A stretch of DNA of 64,000 bases from a virus, in IMG/VR virus record IMGVR_UViG_3300037339_000405, positions 1 to 64,000 of that record, one strand, 5' to 3'. Position 1 is the first letter of the stretch, and each line of letters begins with the position of its first letter. The notes beneath the pieces were generated by a model. That model made no database searches. It was given only the letters and a program-made list of their open reading frames with translations, and was not told the origin of the DNA. The position numbers were made by a program, and so were the translations under genes. This document shows, piece after piece, positions 56,635 to 64,000 of the stretch.

Positions 56635-57171
56635 CTACACCAGATCAGCTAGGATTGTCAATCCACGATCACGCAGCCATAGCTTGAGACGCAGCTTGCG
56701 AAGGCCCCACTTCATAAGCTCCATCGGAAAATCCCTCACGTAGATTTCCTGCTCAGGGGTCTCCACCGCCGCCGGCCGAAACGACTGCCTAACGTATTCA
56801 ACCGGAGTGGGCTCACCACAAGCCCGCGCCAGAAGCGCTAGGAAGGTCCCAGTGCGCCCCAGACCCCCAAGGCACCCCACGAACACCTGCTGCCCATCAA
56901 TCGCCCTGCGCAGGGCCTGAAGGATCGTACAAGCCATGTGGTCAGGATCGGACGGAATCCCCATATCCCTGATAGGCACTTCAGCATCTGACGCCTTGGG
57001 CTCCTCCGGAGCAAGCTTGATCATCCAAACCCCACTCAACGGGGTAGGACCACTCTTGTAAGGCCCTCCCCAAAGCCGCAGCTTGGCGCTGCCAAACATT
57101 ACATCCATCGGGAAGGCTACACCCCCCGCTAGGACCCTAGCCCTATTGGGAGGGGATTGCACCTTTGCCAT
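56635..57171 (-). CDS. Cys-based (CX5R) phosphatase 2
   Basis: 'FVGCLGGLGRTG', 'PIRDMGIP' and 'AVETPEQ'. Confidence 0.9.
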   Translation of the reverse strand: MAKVQSPPNRARVLAGGVAFPMDVMFGSAKLRLWGGPYKSGPTPLSGVWMIKLAPEEPKASDAEVPIRDMGIPSDPDHMACTILQALRRAIDGQQVFVGCLGGLGRTGTFLALLARACGEPTPVEYVRQSFRPAAVETPEQEIYVRDFPMELMKWGLRKLRLKLWLRDRGLTILADLV

Positions 57172-57535
57172 TGCCGGACTCCTTTCCTAACTGGCACATT
57201 GGACAGTATATCATCCGACTGACCAACCCTTCGTCACAAAAGTCGCAGCCGTCACCATTACAGTTCTCACAGCCGTCAAACACGGCCAGCTTCCCTAGAT
57301 CCCGACAGGTTTTACACGTGTACCCGGGAGCCCAGCCATCAACCACCTTCAGATCCATCACACGATTCCCCTCCACTCTGAAGAGAAATTCGTGCCATCG
57401 GCGGTTGCCCTCCGGATGTGTAACCCGGGCTGAAGCAACTACCGCAGATTGCAACTGGCCTGCGTCCAACCCAAATTCTTTAGCCCGGCGCAGCAGATGC
57501 AAAGGTATCGTAAAGCCCCGCTTTGCGTAGAGCAT
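57143..57535 (-). CDS. Zn-finger protein (four CxxC pairs, DnaJ-CRD-like CxxCxGxG)
   Basis: CKTC, CENCNGDG, CDFCDEG and CPMC. Confidence 0.65.
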   Translation of the reverse strand: MLYAKRGFTIPLHLLRRAKEFGLDAGQLQSAVVASARVTHPEGNRRWHEFLFRVEGNRVMDLKVVDGWAPGYTCKTCRDLGKLAVFDGCENCNGDGCDFCDEGLVSRMIYCPMCQLGKESGNGKGAIPSQ

Positions 57536-57827
57536 ACAGCGATTCTCGCAGAATCTTGATCTCCCGTGGGGCTTCAATCAGCAGTCTGGCCAAGACAGAC
57601 TCGTTGGGCCTTGGATCACCACTTGACTTGTAAACCCGCTCCCTCGGCCTGCCCATGCTGATGAATACGCCGGGGTACACCTCCACCGACTCTTTATCAG
57701 TGATCGTGTAGAACGCGGGACCACACTTCAGAATCGCGTGCTCATGCCCTTTCAACAGCACCACGTGCACTTCTTCATCATCAAGATAGAGTTTGTCTCC
57801 CTCATGAATTCCTAGAGCGAGTGCCAC
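57480..57827 (-). CDS. CsrA/RsmA-like RNA-binding protein (extended)
   Basis: C-terminal 'ARLLIEAPREIKILRESL' matches the CsrA signature VR(L/I)GIxAPxx(V/I)xI(L/H)REE; the N-terminal strand pattern is also CsrA-like. Confidence 0.6.
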   Translation of the reverse strand: MALALGIHEGDKLYLDDEEVHVVLLKGHEHAILKCGPAFYTITDKESVEVYPGVFISMGRPRERVYKSSGDPRPNESVLARLLIEAPREIKILRESLYALRKAGLYDTFASAAPG

Positions 57828-58272
57828 GGCGGGCTCCTTTGGAAAAGATCAAACGATGCGCAGCTTGGGTCAGAGACCATGTGCTACCACCCGACACTCC
57901 TTTACGGGCTTGCACAACCATAACCAACCCTCGAATGCGCAGCACAGTCAACTGGGACGCCACTTCACTTGGCGTATGCTTGTCGCGCCGCCGCAAGTTT
58001 AGCATTTCGGTGATCTCGCCGGTAGTCGCCGCCTCCAACGCTGCCAGCTGCATGATGCACCGATGCAGATTGCTGCCAGCTTCCGGCAGCCGCACCTGCA
58101 TGCTGGTGTCAAAATGCTCGATGATCATCTCTTTCAGTCTAGTCTGGACCACGCGACGATACCCACAGAGACATCGCAGCCACACGTCCTGATGGTCTCG
58201 CTGAAACCACGCAGACAAACTTAAGCACTTCGGGCACTCTACTTTTTCCCGCATGCCATCCGCAGTCCCCAT
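57802..58272 (-). CDS. Zn-ribbon plus winged-helix putative transcriptional regulator
   Basis: CPKC...CLCG ribbon, then 'ATTGEITEML......SEVASQLTVLR.RGLV......G..GGSTW.LT' wHTH. Confidence 0.7.
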   Translation of the reverse strand: MGTADGMREKVECPKCLSLSAWFQRDHQDVWLRCLCGYRRVVQTRLKEMIIEHFDTSMQVRLPEAGSNLHRCIMQLAALEAATTGEITEMLNLRRRDKHTPSEVASQLTVLRIRGLVMVVQARKGVSGGSTWSLTQAAHRLIFSKGARRGTRSRNS

Positions 58273-58305
58273 GGGACCCGGATTGTAACCCGCTCCTTTT
58301 TGCAG

Positions 58306-60495
58306 TCAACTGCACGAGAGCACCGATGTGGCCAATTGCCTACGCGACACGCCCACCGTAACCACCGACGCATACTTTCCTTTGGGCAACCCTCTCGCGG
58401 GGGAAAACAACGTCAGCTGCTCGGCAGCACTCTGCTTCAGTTCCAGTACTTTAGTAAGGGCGCGCGGATCAAATTTCACACCGCCCTCTTGGTAGTCAAG
58501 CCACACCAATCCAGTCTGACTCACAAGAGATCCAATATCCTCCACCACGTCCATCACGCGATACCCCATGGCACTCAGTTTCGCAACCAGCGGAGGCGTG
58601 AGCAGATCGTGCGGCAGAATCCAGAAATTCTTCACCGGGTGACTTTTGGCGAACTCAATCAGAAACTCAATCTTCTTTATGAACACGTGCACTGAATTCG
58701 GCAGAATCTTAGGCTCCAGTGTCTGCAACAGATCGTAGTCACCACCACCGTTAACTTGCAAGCACAACAGAGTCATATCAATCACCATGGTGCGATTGCC
58801 AGCAGCCTTCAGCACCTCCAGAAAATTCGTGCCCCGGAACCCGTCGATCTCCATAGCATATGAAGCAAAAAGCACCTTGTCACCTGCTGCAGCCACTTCA
58901 GCTGCATTGGTGCACGTCTCGAATACGCCATACCGGGTGAACAGCATCGAATAAAACTTGTCCACCTCACTACTCATGCCTGCCAACACCGGAACCTCAA
59001 TATCCACCCACACGCGCCCAGTGTCACCGCACAGTGTCACCTTGCTACCCTTAGTGATCGCGCTTATGTCACCGCATCCCACCACGCACGGCAGATTCAT
59101 ATCACGCGCAACCACAGCAGCGTGCGCTGTTGAACCCCCAGTGCGGGTGACGATCCCGCGCGCTGCGCGCATACCCTTGATATCGTCGGGGTTGGTTTCG
59201 TCAGTGACCAGAATCACGCCTTCAGCACTCCTCTGCTCAGCTTCTTTGGAAGAGAAAACCGCGAACCCCGTTGCTACGCCACCGGAAGCAGCAATACCCT
59301 TCAAGGTCTCCTTGCCAGTGAACGATGCCGGGATAACAGGCTTGGCAGCCTCAAACAACTGTGCAAGTGTCACGTGTTTGACTGCCATATCCAGATCGAT
59401 CAGATTGGACGCCGCCATCTCAGTAGCGATACGCAGCGCAGCCCTCGCAGTACGCTTGGCAGCACGGGTCTGCAACACATAGGTGAGCCCTTTCTCTACA
59501 GTAAGCTCCACATCCTGTGCATCACCGTTGAAAGCCTCCAATTTCTTGACCGTGGTGAACACTTCTTCCGCCACGTACTGATCCCACACGGCTAGCTGAT
59601 CGATTGGCATGGGAGTCTTGATGCCCGCCACCACATCCTCTCCCTGTGCCATCGGAAGAAACTCCCCCACCACTTTGTTTTCGCCGGTAGAAGGATCACG
59701 CGAGAATGCGACCACGGTACAGCTGTTCACGTCCAAATTGCCGAAAACCATCTGCTGGATCACCACCGCCGTGCCAAGATCATGCGGGATGCCATTCATA
59801 TCACGGTAGACTTTTGCGCGCTCGTTACCCCAACTGGCGAACACCGCGCATATGGACTGAATCAACTGGCCCTTAGCCTTCGGAAATTTCTGGCCGGTCT
59901 CCTTCTCGAAAAGCTTGAAGCGCTCGCGCAACCCAAGGTTCTGAAACTTGTGGCGCTCGATGCCGAATACCACACTGCCGAACATCTCAACCAGCTTGCC
60001 ACGCACTTCGTCAGCGCAACTCTGCCCCAAACTGGCTCTCCAATGACTAGCGTTGGTTTCATCGATGCCCACGTTGAGAATTGTGTCCATCATGCCGGGC
60101 ATAGAAAACTTGGCGCCGCTACGCACGCTCACCAGCGGCATCACGTCACCCACCCCCTGCATGGTATTGATTATTTGCGGCAGCAGTTCGTTGAGAAGTG
60201 AGACTACCGCATCAGGGTCCTGCATATAGAGCTTGCAGGCCGTCACCGGAATGATTATGGCAGGAGGAACTCGAAACCCAGCCCGGTGCATACGCACCAG
60301 ACCGTAACCCTTACCCCCAAGTAAATCCAGATCCTCGGGAGCGTTATCCAACGTGTAGAACGGGAGCCCTTGCATCTCGCACTCCTTTGCCAGACCCATG
60401 CCTGCAATGATACCAGATTGGTACTGCTTGTCAAGCTCCTCCGCGTAAGCCTGCTGCCATGATTTAAGTGACGCCGGCAGCTTCTTCTTGACCAC
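58306..60495 (-). CDS. PPDK-derived dikinase: ATP-grasp plus phospho-His swivel domains, with an unrecognised C-terminal domain instead of the pyruvate-binding barrel
   Basis: 'LGGKG', 'VSVRSGA..SMPGMMDTILN.G', 'QQMVFGN', 'AQGEDVVAG..TP', 'LQTR..KRT' and catalytic 'GGSTAHAAVVAR'; 729 aa, and no barrel motifs in the last ~225 aa. Confidence 0.9.
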   Translation of the reverse strand: MVKKKLPASLKSWQQAYAEELDKQYQSGIIAGMGLAKECEMQGLPFYTLDNAPEDLDLLGGKGYGLVRMHRAGFRVPPAIIIPVTACKLYMQDPDAVVSLLNELLPQIINTMQGVGDVMPLVSVRSGAKFSMPGMMDTILNVGIDETNASHWRASLGQSCADEVRGKLVEMFGSVVFGIERHKFQNLGLRERFKLFEKETGQKFPKAKGQLIQSICAVFASWGNERAKVYRDMNGIPHDLGTAVVIQQMVFGNLDVNSCTVVAFSRDPSTGENKVVGEFLPMAQGEDVVAGIKTPMPIDQLAVWDQYVAEEVFTTVKKLEAFNGDAQDVELTVEKGLTYVLQTRAAKRTARAALRIATEMAASNLIDLDMAVKHVTLAQLFEAAKPVIPASFTGKETLKGIAASGGVATGFAVFSSKEAEQRSAEGVILVTDETNPDDIKGMRAARGIVTRTGGSTAHAAVVARDMNLPCVVGCGDISAITKGSKVTLCGDTGRVWVDIEVPVLAGMSSEVDKFYSMLFTRYGVFETCTNAAEVAAAGDKVLFASYAMEIDGFRGTNFLEVLKAAGNRTMVIDMTLLCLQVNGGGDYDLLQTLEPKILPNSVHVFIKKIEFLIEFAKSHPVKNFWILPHDLLTPPLVAKLSAMGYRVMDVVEDIGSLVSQTGLVWLDYQEGGVKFDPRALTKVLELKQSAAEQLTLFSPARGLPKGKYASVVTVGVSRRQLATSVLSCS

Positions 60496-60817
60496 GCCCC
60501 CACCCCCTCATGGCTACGCGCAGGTTGGGATTAGGATGCAACCGCCTCCATTCGTCAAGCACGCTAGGTGGGCGCTTCATCATGGGAGATCCCGATTCTG
60601 CGCGCCCCGCGCGTGGGTAGAGCACATACCTGTCACCCAGAAAAGACACGGCCTGCTGGCGACGCTTTTCCATCCTCTCGCGCGCTTCGTGCACCCGCTG
60701 CTCTTCCTCGTCAGGATCAGGCACCGCCACCGCCGCGTTCACTGGGACATACTCTTCCCGCTGAGCAAACGCGCTACCGGCTTCCCCTTTCATTACAGCC
60801 GCAATCCAGCTGAGCAT
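60464..60817 (-). CDS. Hypothetical protein (likely start MLSWIAA at 60817)
   Basis: GGAGG RBS at 60823-60827. Confidence 0.6.
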   Translation of the reverse strand: MLSWIAAVMKGEAGSAFAQREEYVPVNAAVAVPDPDEEEQRVHEARERMEKRRQQAVSFLGDRYVLYPRAGRAESGSPMMKRPPSVLDEWRRLHPNPNLRVAMRGWGRGQEEAAGVT

Positions 60818-60843
60818 ACCTGCCTCCGTGCAATCAATTGCAA

Positions 60844-61071
60844 TCAATACAGATGGTACAGATGCACCAGACGATTCAACAGTGCCTCATCAGACGACAG
60901 TAAGTCGTAAGAGGCGTCAGCAGCTGTGCGCACAATGCGCTCATCTCGCGCCGTCATCTGCCCAACGAACTGTAGCAAATGCGTGGCCATCTCCCGCAAC
61001 TGATCATCACTGAAAGCCAAACTAGGTCTCATTTTGGCTACTGTTCTGTCAGGCATATGTATTGCTGACAC
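60844..61071 (-). CDS. Hypothetical small protein
   Basis: 75-aa ORF in a tightly packed operon. Confidence 0.55.
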   Translation of the reverse strand: MSAIHMPDRTVAKMRPSLAFSDDQLREMATHLLQFVGQMTARDERIVRTAADASYDLLSSDEALLNRLVHLYHLY

Positions 61072-61292
61072 TCGCTCGGGGTCACCGTATTGAAGTAGTA
61101 CGCGTATTCTTCTCGCGCATCCCCCCGCTCGATCACCACTTCTTCACGCACCAGCGGATGCCTGCCTTTGCACTGACAAACACAGCCCGCATACTCGATG
61201 CCCGTGCGTAGCCCCAACACGTACAGCTGCACGCACCCGTGCTCAGGGTACACGTCCAGAACCTTGCCGTACTCGATCACTTCGGTAATCAC
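61038..61292 (-). CDS. Hypothetical small protein (Cys-rich)
   Basis: 84-aa ORF. Confidence 0.5.
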   Translation of the reverse strand: MITEVIEYGKVLDVYPEHGCVQLYVLGLRTGIEYAGCVCQCKGRHPLVREEVVIERGDAREEYAYYFNTVTPSECQQYICLTEQ

Positions 61293-61332
61293 GATTAGAT
61301 TCTAGCCCGGGTATCCCCTCCTGAGCAGGGAG

Positions 61333-61605
61333 TCATGCCTCATAAGAAGCGACGCGGGCAATGCGAGCCCCATTCTGCAGAATGCACGCGGTAACAACTC
61401 TGGACCCAGACCCCAGATGGCTATTGGCACCACCCGGTTCCAGCGACTTGTTGAAGTGGTCCACCCACTTCTTGAGGTTGTTGTTGGTGGGTTTGCCGTA
61501 GCCGGGGATCTGGTAGCGCTGACCCACCCGCCATTCCATAGGGGAGATGTATCCCGCGACTGGTTTCACTTGAATCACGTACTTCGGAGCGTAAGAGCGT
61601 CCCAT
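61333..61605 (-). CDS. Hypothetical early protein
   Basis: 90-aa ORF with a GGAGG RBS. Confidence 0.7.
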   Translation of the reverse strand: MGRSYAPKYVIQVKPVAGYISPMEWRVGQRYQIPGYGKPTNNNLKKWVDHFNKSLEPGGANSHLGSGSRVVTACILQNGARIARVASYEA

Positions 61606-61619
61606 GATCCCTCCACTAG

Positions 61620-61958
61620 TTAATCATCATAGATCGAGTTAAGTCCAGCACGATTAAACGCCACACCCACAGCCTTCGCAGCACGCTTAATACTCACACT
61701 ACTACGGTAGTCTATGCGCGCAAAGTCTGGGAACCACTTCACCGAACCCGTCGCAAGTATTCTTACGTACTCCACAGCCCTACGCATCTTCGGCGCCACC
61801 TCTGCAGCGTAACCCTCGGCCGTCTCACCGTCTCGCATTTTTGGAAATGCATCTGGTGGGGCACGCTTCGCGCAAACAGCCTTCGCAAGTTCACGCTCAT
61901 AGACACTCCAAAACACGGCCACCCGTTCCTTAACCTCCGCTACGCCCTTATCGCTCAT
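61620..61958 (-). CDS. Hypothetical early protein
   Basis: 112-aa ORF with an RBS. Confidence 0.65.
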   Translation of the reverse strand: MSDKGVAEVKERVAVFWSVYERELAKAVCAKRAPPDAFPKMRDGETAEGYAAEVAPKMRRAVEYVRILATGSVKWFPDFARIDYRSSVSIKRAAKAVGVAFNRAGLNSIYDD

Positions 61959-61968
61959 CTCAGCCCCC

Positions 61969-62388
61969 TTAATCCATCCGGCTCATTGAATAGGCATTGA
62001 GCCCGGCAGCATTCAGCACCATCGCAAAAGCACCGGCATACGCTTCTTTGCGAGCGAGAGACTGATTGAACTCACTCACCCAGAGCATGTACCCGCCCTC
62101 ATAGGAATCGGCCTTGCCCATCCCGCGAGACTTCAGGTAACTGACAAACGGGCCACGCGCGGGGCGAATCTTGATCCACGCAAACCCGCACACGCCATCC
62201 ATAATGGGAGCGTATTTGCGCATGATCGGGCTTGCATCATCCAGCGGGTTGGCCCGCTCCACCACGATCATCGGAATCGGCACCACCTCTGCCGCCGCTT
62301 CCAAACCCGCCGCTCGCGCACGCGCGAACAACTCGCCCATCTCCTTGCGTTCCGCAGCTTTCATTTTTCGCCCTCCTTGGCTAAACAC
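61969..62388 (-). CDS. Hypothetical phage protein (probable start MKAAERK)
   Basis: 'GVCGFAWI.I.PARG.F......G......GG......F.QS..RKEAYA.AFA.VL...G..A...SR.D' pattern familiar from phage early genes. Confidence 0.75.
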   Translation of the reverse strand: MFSQGGRKMKAAERKEMGELFARARAAGLEAAAEVVPIPMIVVERANPLDDASPIMRKYAPIMDGVCGFAWIKIRPARGPFVSYLKSRGMGKADSYEGGYMLWVSEFNQSLARKEAYAGAFAMVLNAAGLNAYSMSRMD

Positions 62389-62397
62389 TACAGTCTT

Positions 62398-62425
62398 ATG
62401 ATACCACGTACAGCAGGATTGTCAA
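62398..62425 (-). promoter_or_regulatory. Sigma70-type promoter TTGACA-N16-TATCAT driving the early/accessory operon
   Basis: Minus strand reads TTGACA atcctgctgtacgtgg TATCAT. Confidence 0.75.
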
Positions 62426-62430
62426 GCATT

Positions 62431-62452
62431 AAAAAAGCGGGCCTAGCCCGCC
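62431..62452 (-). terminator. Intrinsic terminator
   Basis: Minus strand reads GCGGGC-TAG-GCCCGC-TTTTTT. Confidence 0.8.
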
Positions 62453-62473
62453 TTTACAGATACCCGGAGACCC

Positions 62474-62677
62474 CTATTTGGAGGGGGCCAACGGGTTTGC
62501 CTTCAGCCAGTCTTCATAGGCTTTGCGCTCATCAAGATCACGCAGAGCCTCCAAAGGAACCCCTTGGCGAGCAAGCGAGCCATAGAACTCATCTGGGCTA
62601 AACTTGCGTACTTCACCCGGGTCATTCTCATACACGTCCTGCCTGTGCGGCGGGATAAACACCTTGTCGGCTGCCAT
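62474..62677 (-). CDS. Small acidic protein downstream of the zeta toxin (antitoxin candidate)
   Basis: 67 aa, AGGAG RBS, co-terminated with the zeta gene. Confidence 0.6.
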   Translation of the reverse strand: MAADKVFIPPHRQDVYENDPGEVRKFSPDEFYGSLARQGVPLEALRDLDERKAYEDWLKANPLAPSK

Positions 62678-62685
62678 GCTGTCTC

Positions 62686-63813
62686 CTAACCCAATGGGGC
62701 CTTTCTCACTGAAATCCTCGGCAAGCGGGTCGTCACCGGCTTGGCTCTGACCCCTTTACCAGTAGCGCTGTCGTACTCAGCAACTTTAATCGCCGGCTTG
62801 TCTCTTGCCACTTCGTTGTTGAACACAGACCATTTCTCAAAGTGAGTAGACAGCTGCTCAAAATTCTTCTCATTGTTGAAGCCACTTAGAATTGCTGAAG
62901 GAGGAACCAGCCTCCCACGCTGACCCGGTCCCTTGCCTCTCCACCTTTCCACCGCACGCTGCGCCGCTAGCTGCGGGGGCAAATGGACGAAAGCCCCCTG
63001 TACACTGTAACCAGCCTTGGAAAAACTGGTTATCCTATCTAAAGCTGGGTCATAGCTCTTCATCGTAGCGTCAAGAACCACGTTATACCCGGCAGCTTTT
63101 GCTCTTCGTGCCGCCATATCAAAAAGATGCCCGCTTTCCTCATGGTAAATGGCAGCCTTGGATTCCCAACCCTTGACTTTGTCACGCTCGGCCAGCCTCT
63201 CCTTGAAGTGATCGGCATCAATCACAAGAGTCTTAGCCGGATCATACAAATGCAGAGACACTGGCCGAGAATCACTGCGTGCACCGCTTTTTCCACTGCC
63301 TCCACGCCCCCCCAATACCAAAGCCGTTGGTGCAACACCCACCGGCGGTATAGCGTTAGCGGCACCCTTGAAGAACTCAACAAGGATCTCATCATGCACC
63401 TTCGTGCGTTCCGCACTAAAAGAATCTTTCGTGGCCCCGGCATGAACCATGTGAGTACTTTTGCCGGCAGCTATATCTGCGTCCACTGCGGCCATTTCAC
63501 GCAGAAACTCCGCATGATCCGCCTTGCTTAACGTAGCAAAGAGGATCTCGTCTTCTATTTCAGCCCTCCCAGACTGGGTTTCTACTCGCGGGTCGGCGGA
63601 CTCATTGAATAGAGAAGACGCGGAACCTCCGGGGGTGACCCTCTCTCCCGGCCGCGCATTGATGGCTTCTCGTACCTTTACCGGGCGCTTGCGCACCATC
63701 GCGCCACCAACACTGGCGCCTAACGATTTAATCCACTTACCATATTCATCCCTAGGCTGGCTGGGGTCGAATTCCTTACGGACGTTCTGGAAAATGGAAG
63801 GGATGTTCAACAT
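62686..63813 (-). CDS. Zeta-toxin-family P-loop kinase with an N-terminal DPxQPRD tag
   Basis: 'LGGRGGSGKS', 'VIDAD.FK', 'HEES', 'NVVLDAT' and 'A..RA..R....GR.VP'. Confidence 0.85.
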   Translation of the reverse strand: MLNIPSIFQNVRKEFDPSQPRDEYGKWIKSLGASVGGAMVRKRPVKVREAINARPGERVTPGGSASSLFNESADPRVETQSGRAEIEDEILFATLSKADHAEFLREMAAVDADIAAGKSTHMVHAGATKDSFSAERTKVHDEILVEFFKGAANAIPPVGVAPTALVLGGRGGSGKSGARSDSRPVSLHLYDPAKTLVIDADHFKERLAERDKVKGWESKAAIYHEESGHLFDMAARRAKAAGYNVVLDATMKSYDPALDRITSFSKAGYSVQGAFVHLPPQLAAQRAVERWRGKGPGQRGRLVPPSAILSGFNNEKNFEQLSTHFEKWSVFNNEVARDKPAIKVAEYDSATGKGVRAKPVTTRLPRISVRKAPLG

Positions 63814-64000
63814 CAGGCAATCTCCATAGGACTGCCCGCCATTATACGCAGCCAGCGGCTCCTAACCAGCGCTGCTAGAAGGCTCCCCTGCCAACATTTG
63901 CACTTGCTTGCACGCTAGGGGCTTGAGTGCTGTGCGCTGCACAAGTGCATCGTCCTGTTTAGCCTTTCGGCATCAAGTCCAGCAGCCGCTTTCGCCGCAA

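Larger units (their letters stand above)
2599..63912. repeat. Dispersed 14-bp palindrome TGCA-N6-TGCA (consensus TGCARYYRRYTGCA)
   Basis: Copies start at 2599, 9103, 14236, 19571, 25537, 29958, 30226, 36771, 36781, 39399, 43327, 44407, 48393, 56609, 58301, 60829 and 63899. Confidence 0.85.

Noticed and set aside
58306-60495. Canonical ppdK auxiliary metabolic gene
   Set aside because: The C-terminal pyruvate/PEP-binding barrel motifs are missing, so normal PPDK activity is not supported.
2599-63912. TGCA palindrome acting as an mRNA hairpin or sigma54 -12 element
   Set aside because: It occurs in both orientations, several copies would have an A-C mismatch in the stem on the mRNA strand, and no consistent -24 GG element was noticed. 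A dsDNA site fits better.
1-64000. tRNA genes, integrase, alternative genetic code
   Set aside because: No tRNA-like or recombinase sequence was noticed, and genes are full-length and tightly packed under the standard code.

Overview
The whole 64 kb window is part of a tailed dsDNA bacteriophage genome, and essentially every real gene is on the minus strand. It is probably a long-tailed siphovirus (tail tube and tape measure present, no sheath seen) of a Gram-negative host (GH19 endolysin plus overlapping Rz/Rz1-like spanins). In transcription order (high to low coordinates) it contains: a zeta-toxin-like kinase and small early genes; an accessory operon with a PPDK-derived dikinase that lacks the pyruvate barrel, two CX5R phosphatases, a CsrA-like protein and a Zn-ribbon/wHTH regulator; a family A DNA polymerase; a head module (portal, 1382-aa MuF polyprotein, XkdF-like protease, scaffold, capsid); tail and fibre genes, including a 1782-aa repeat protein, tandem paralogous fibre proteins and a methyltransferase-Maf fusion; a lysis cassette; and a replication module (AAA ATPase, iteron-containing initiator, DnaC-like, DnaB, primase, SSB, SF2 helicase). 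No terminase, integrase, tRNA, CRISPR array or reverse transcriptase was seen. Best candidates for novelty: (1) effector domains carrying a repeated K-[YF]-[DN]-P-x-Q-P-R tag, found three times inside MuF and again on a stand-alone zeta toxin, suggesting a capsid-loading and protease-release system; (2) a 14-bp palindrome TGCA-RYYRRY-TGCA dispersed across the window (17 TGCA-N6-TGCA copies found by eye), often just upstream of ribosome-binding sites; (3) the dikinase plus dual-phosphatase operon; (4) a possible ruler-templated, glycosylated fibre. All protein family calls come from motif recognition by eye; no database search was run.
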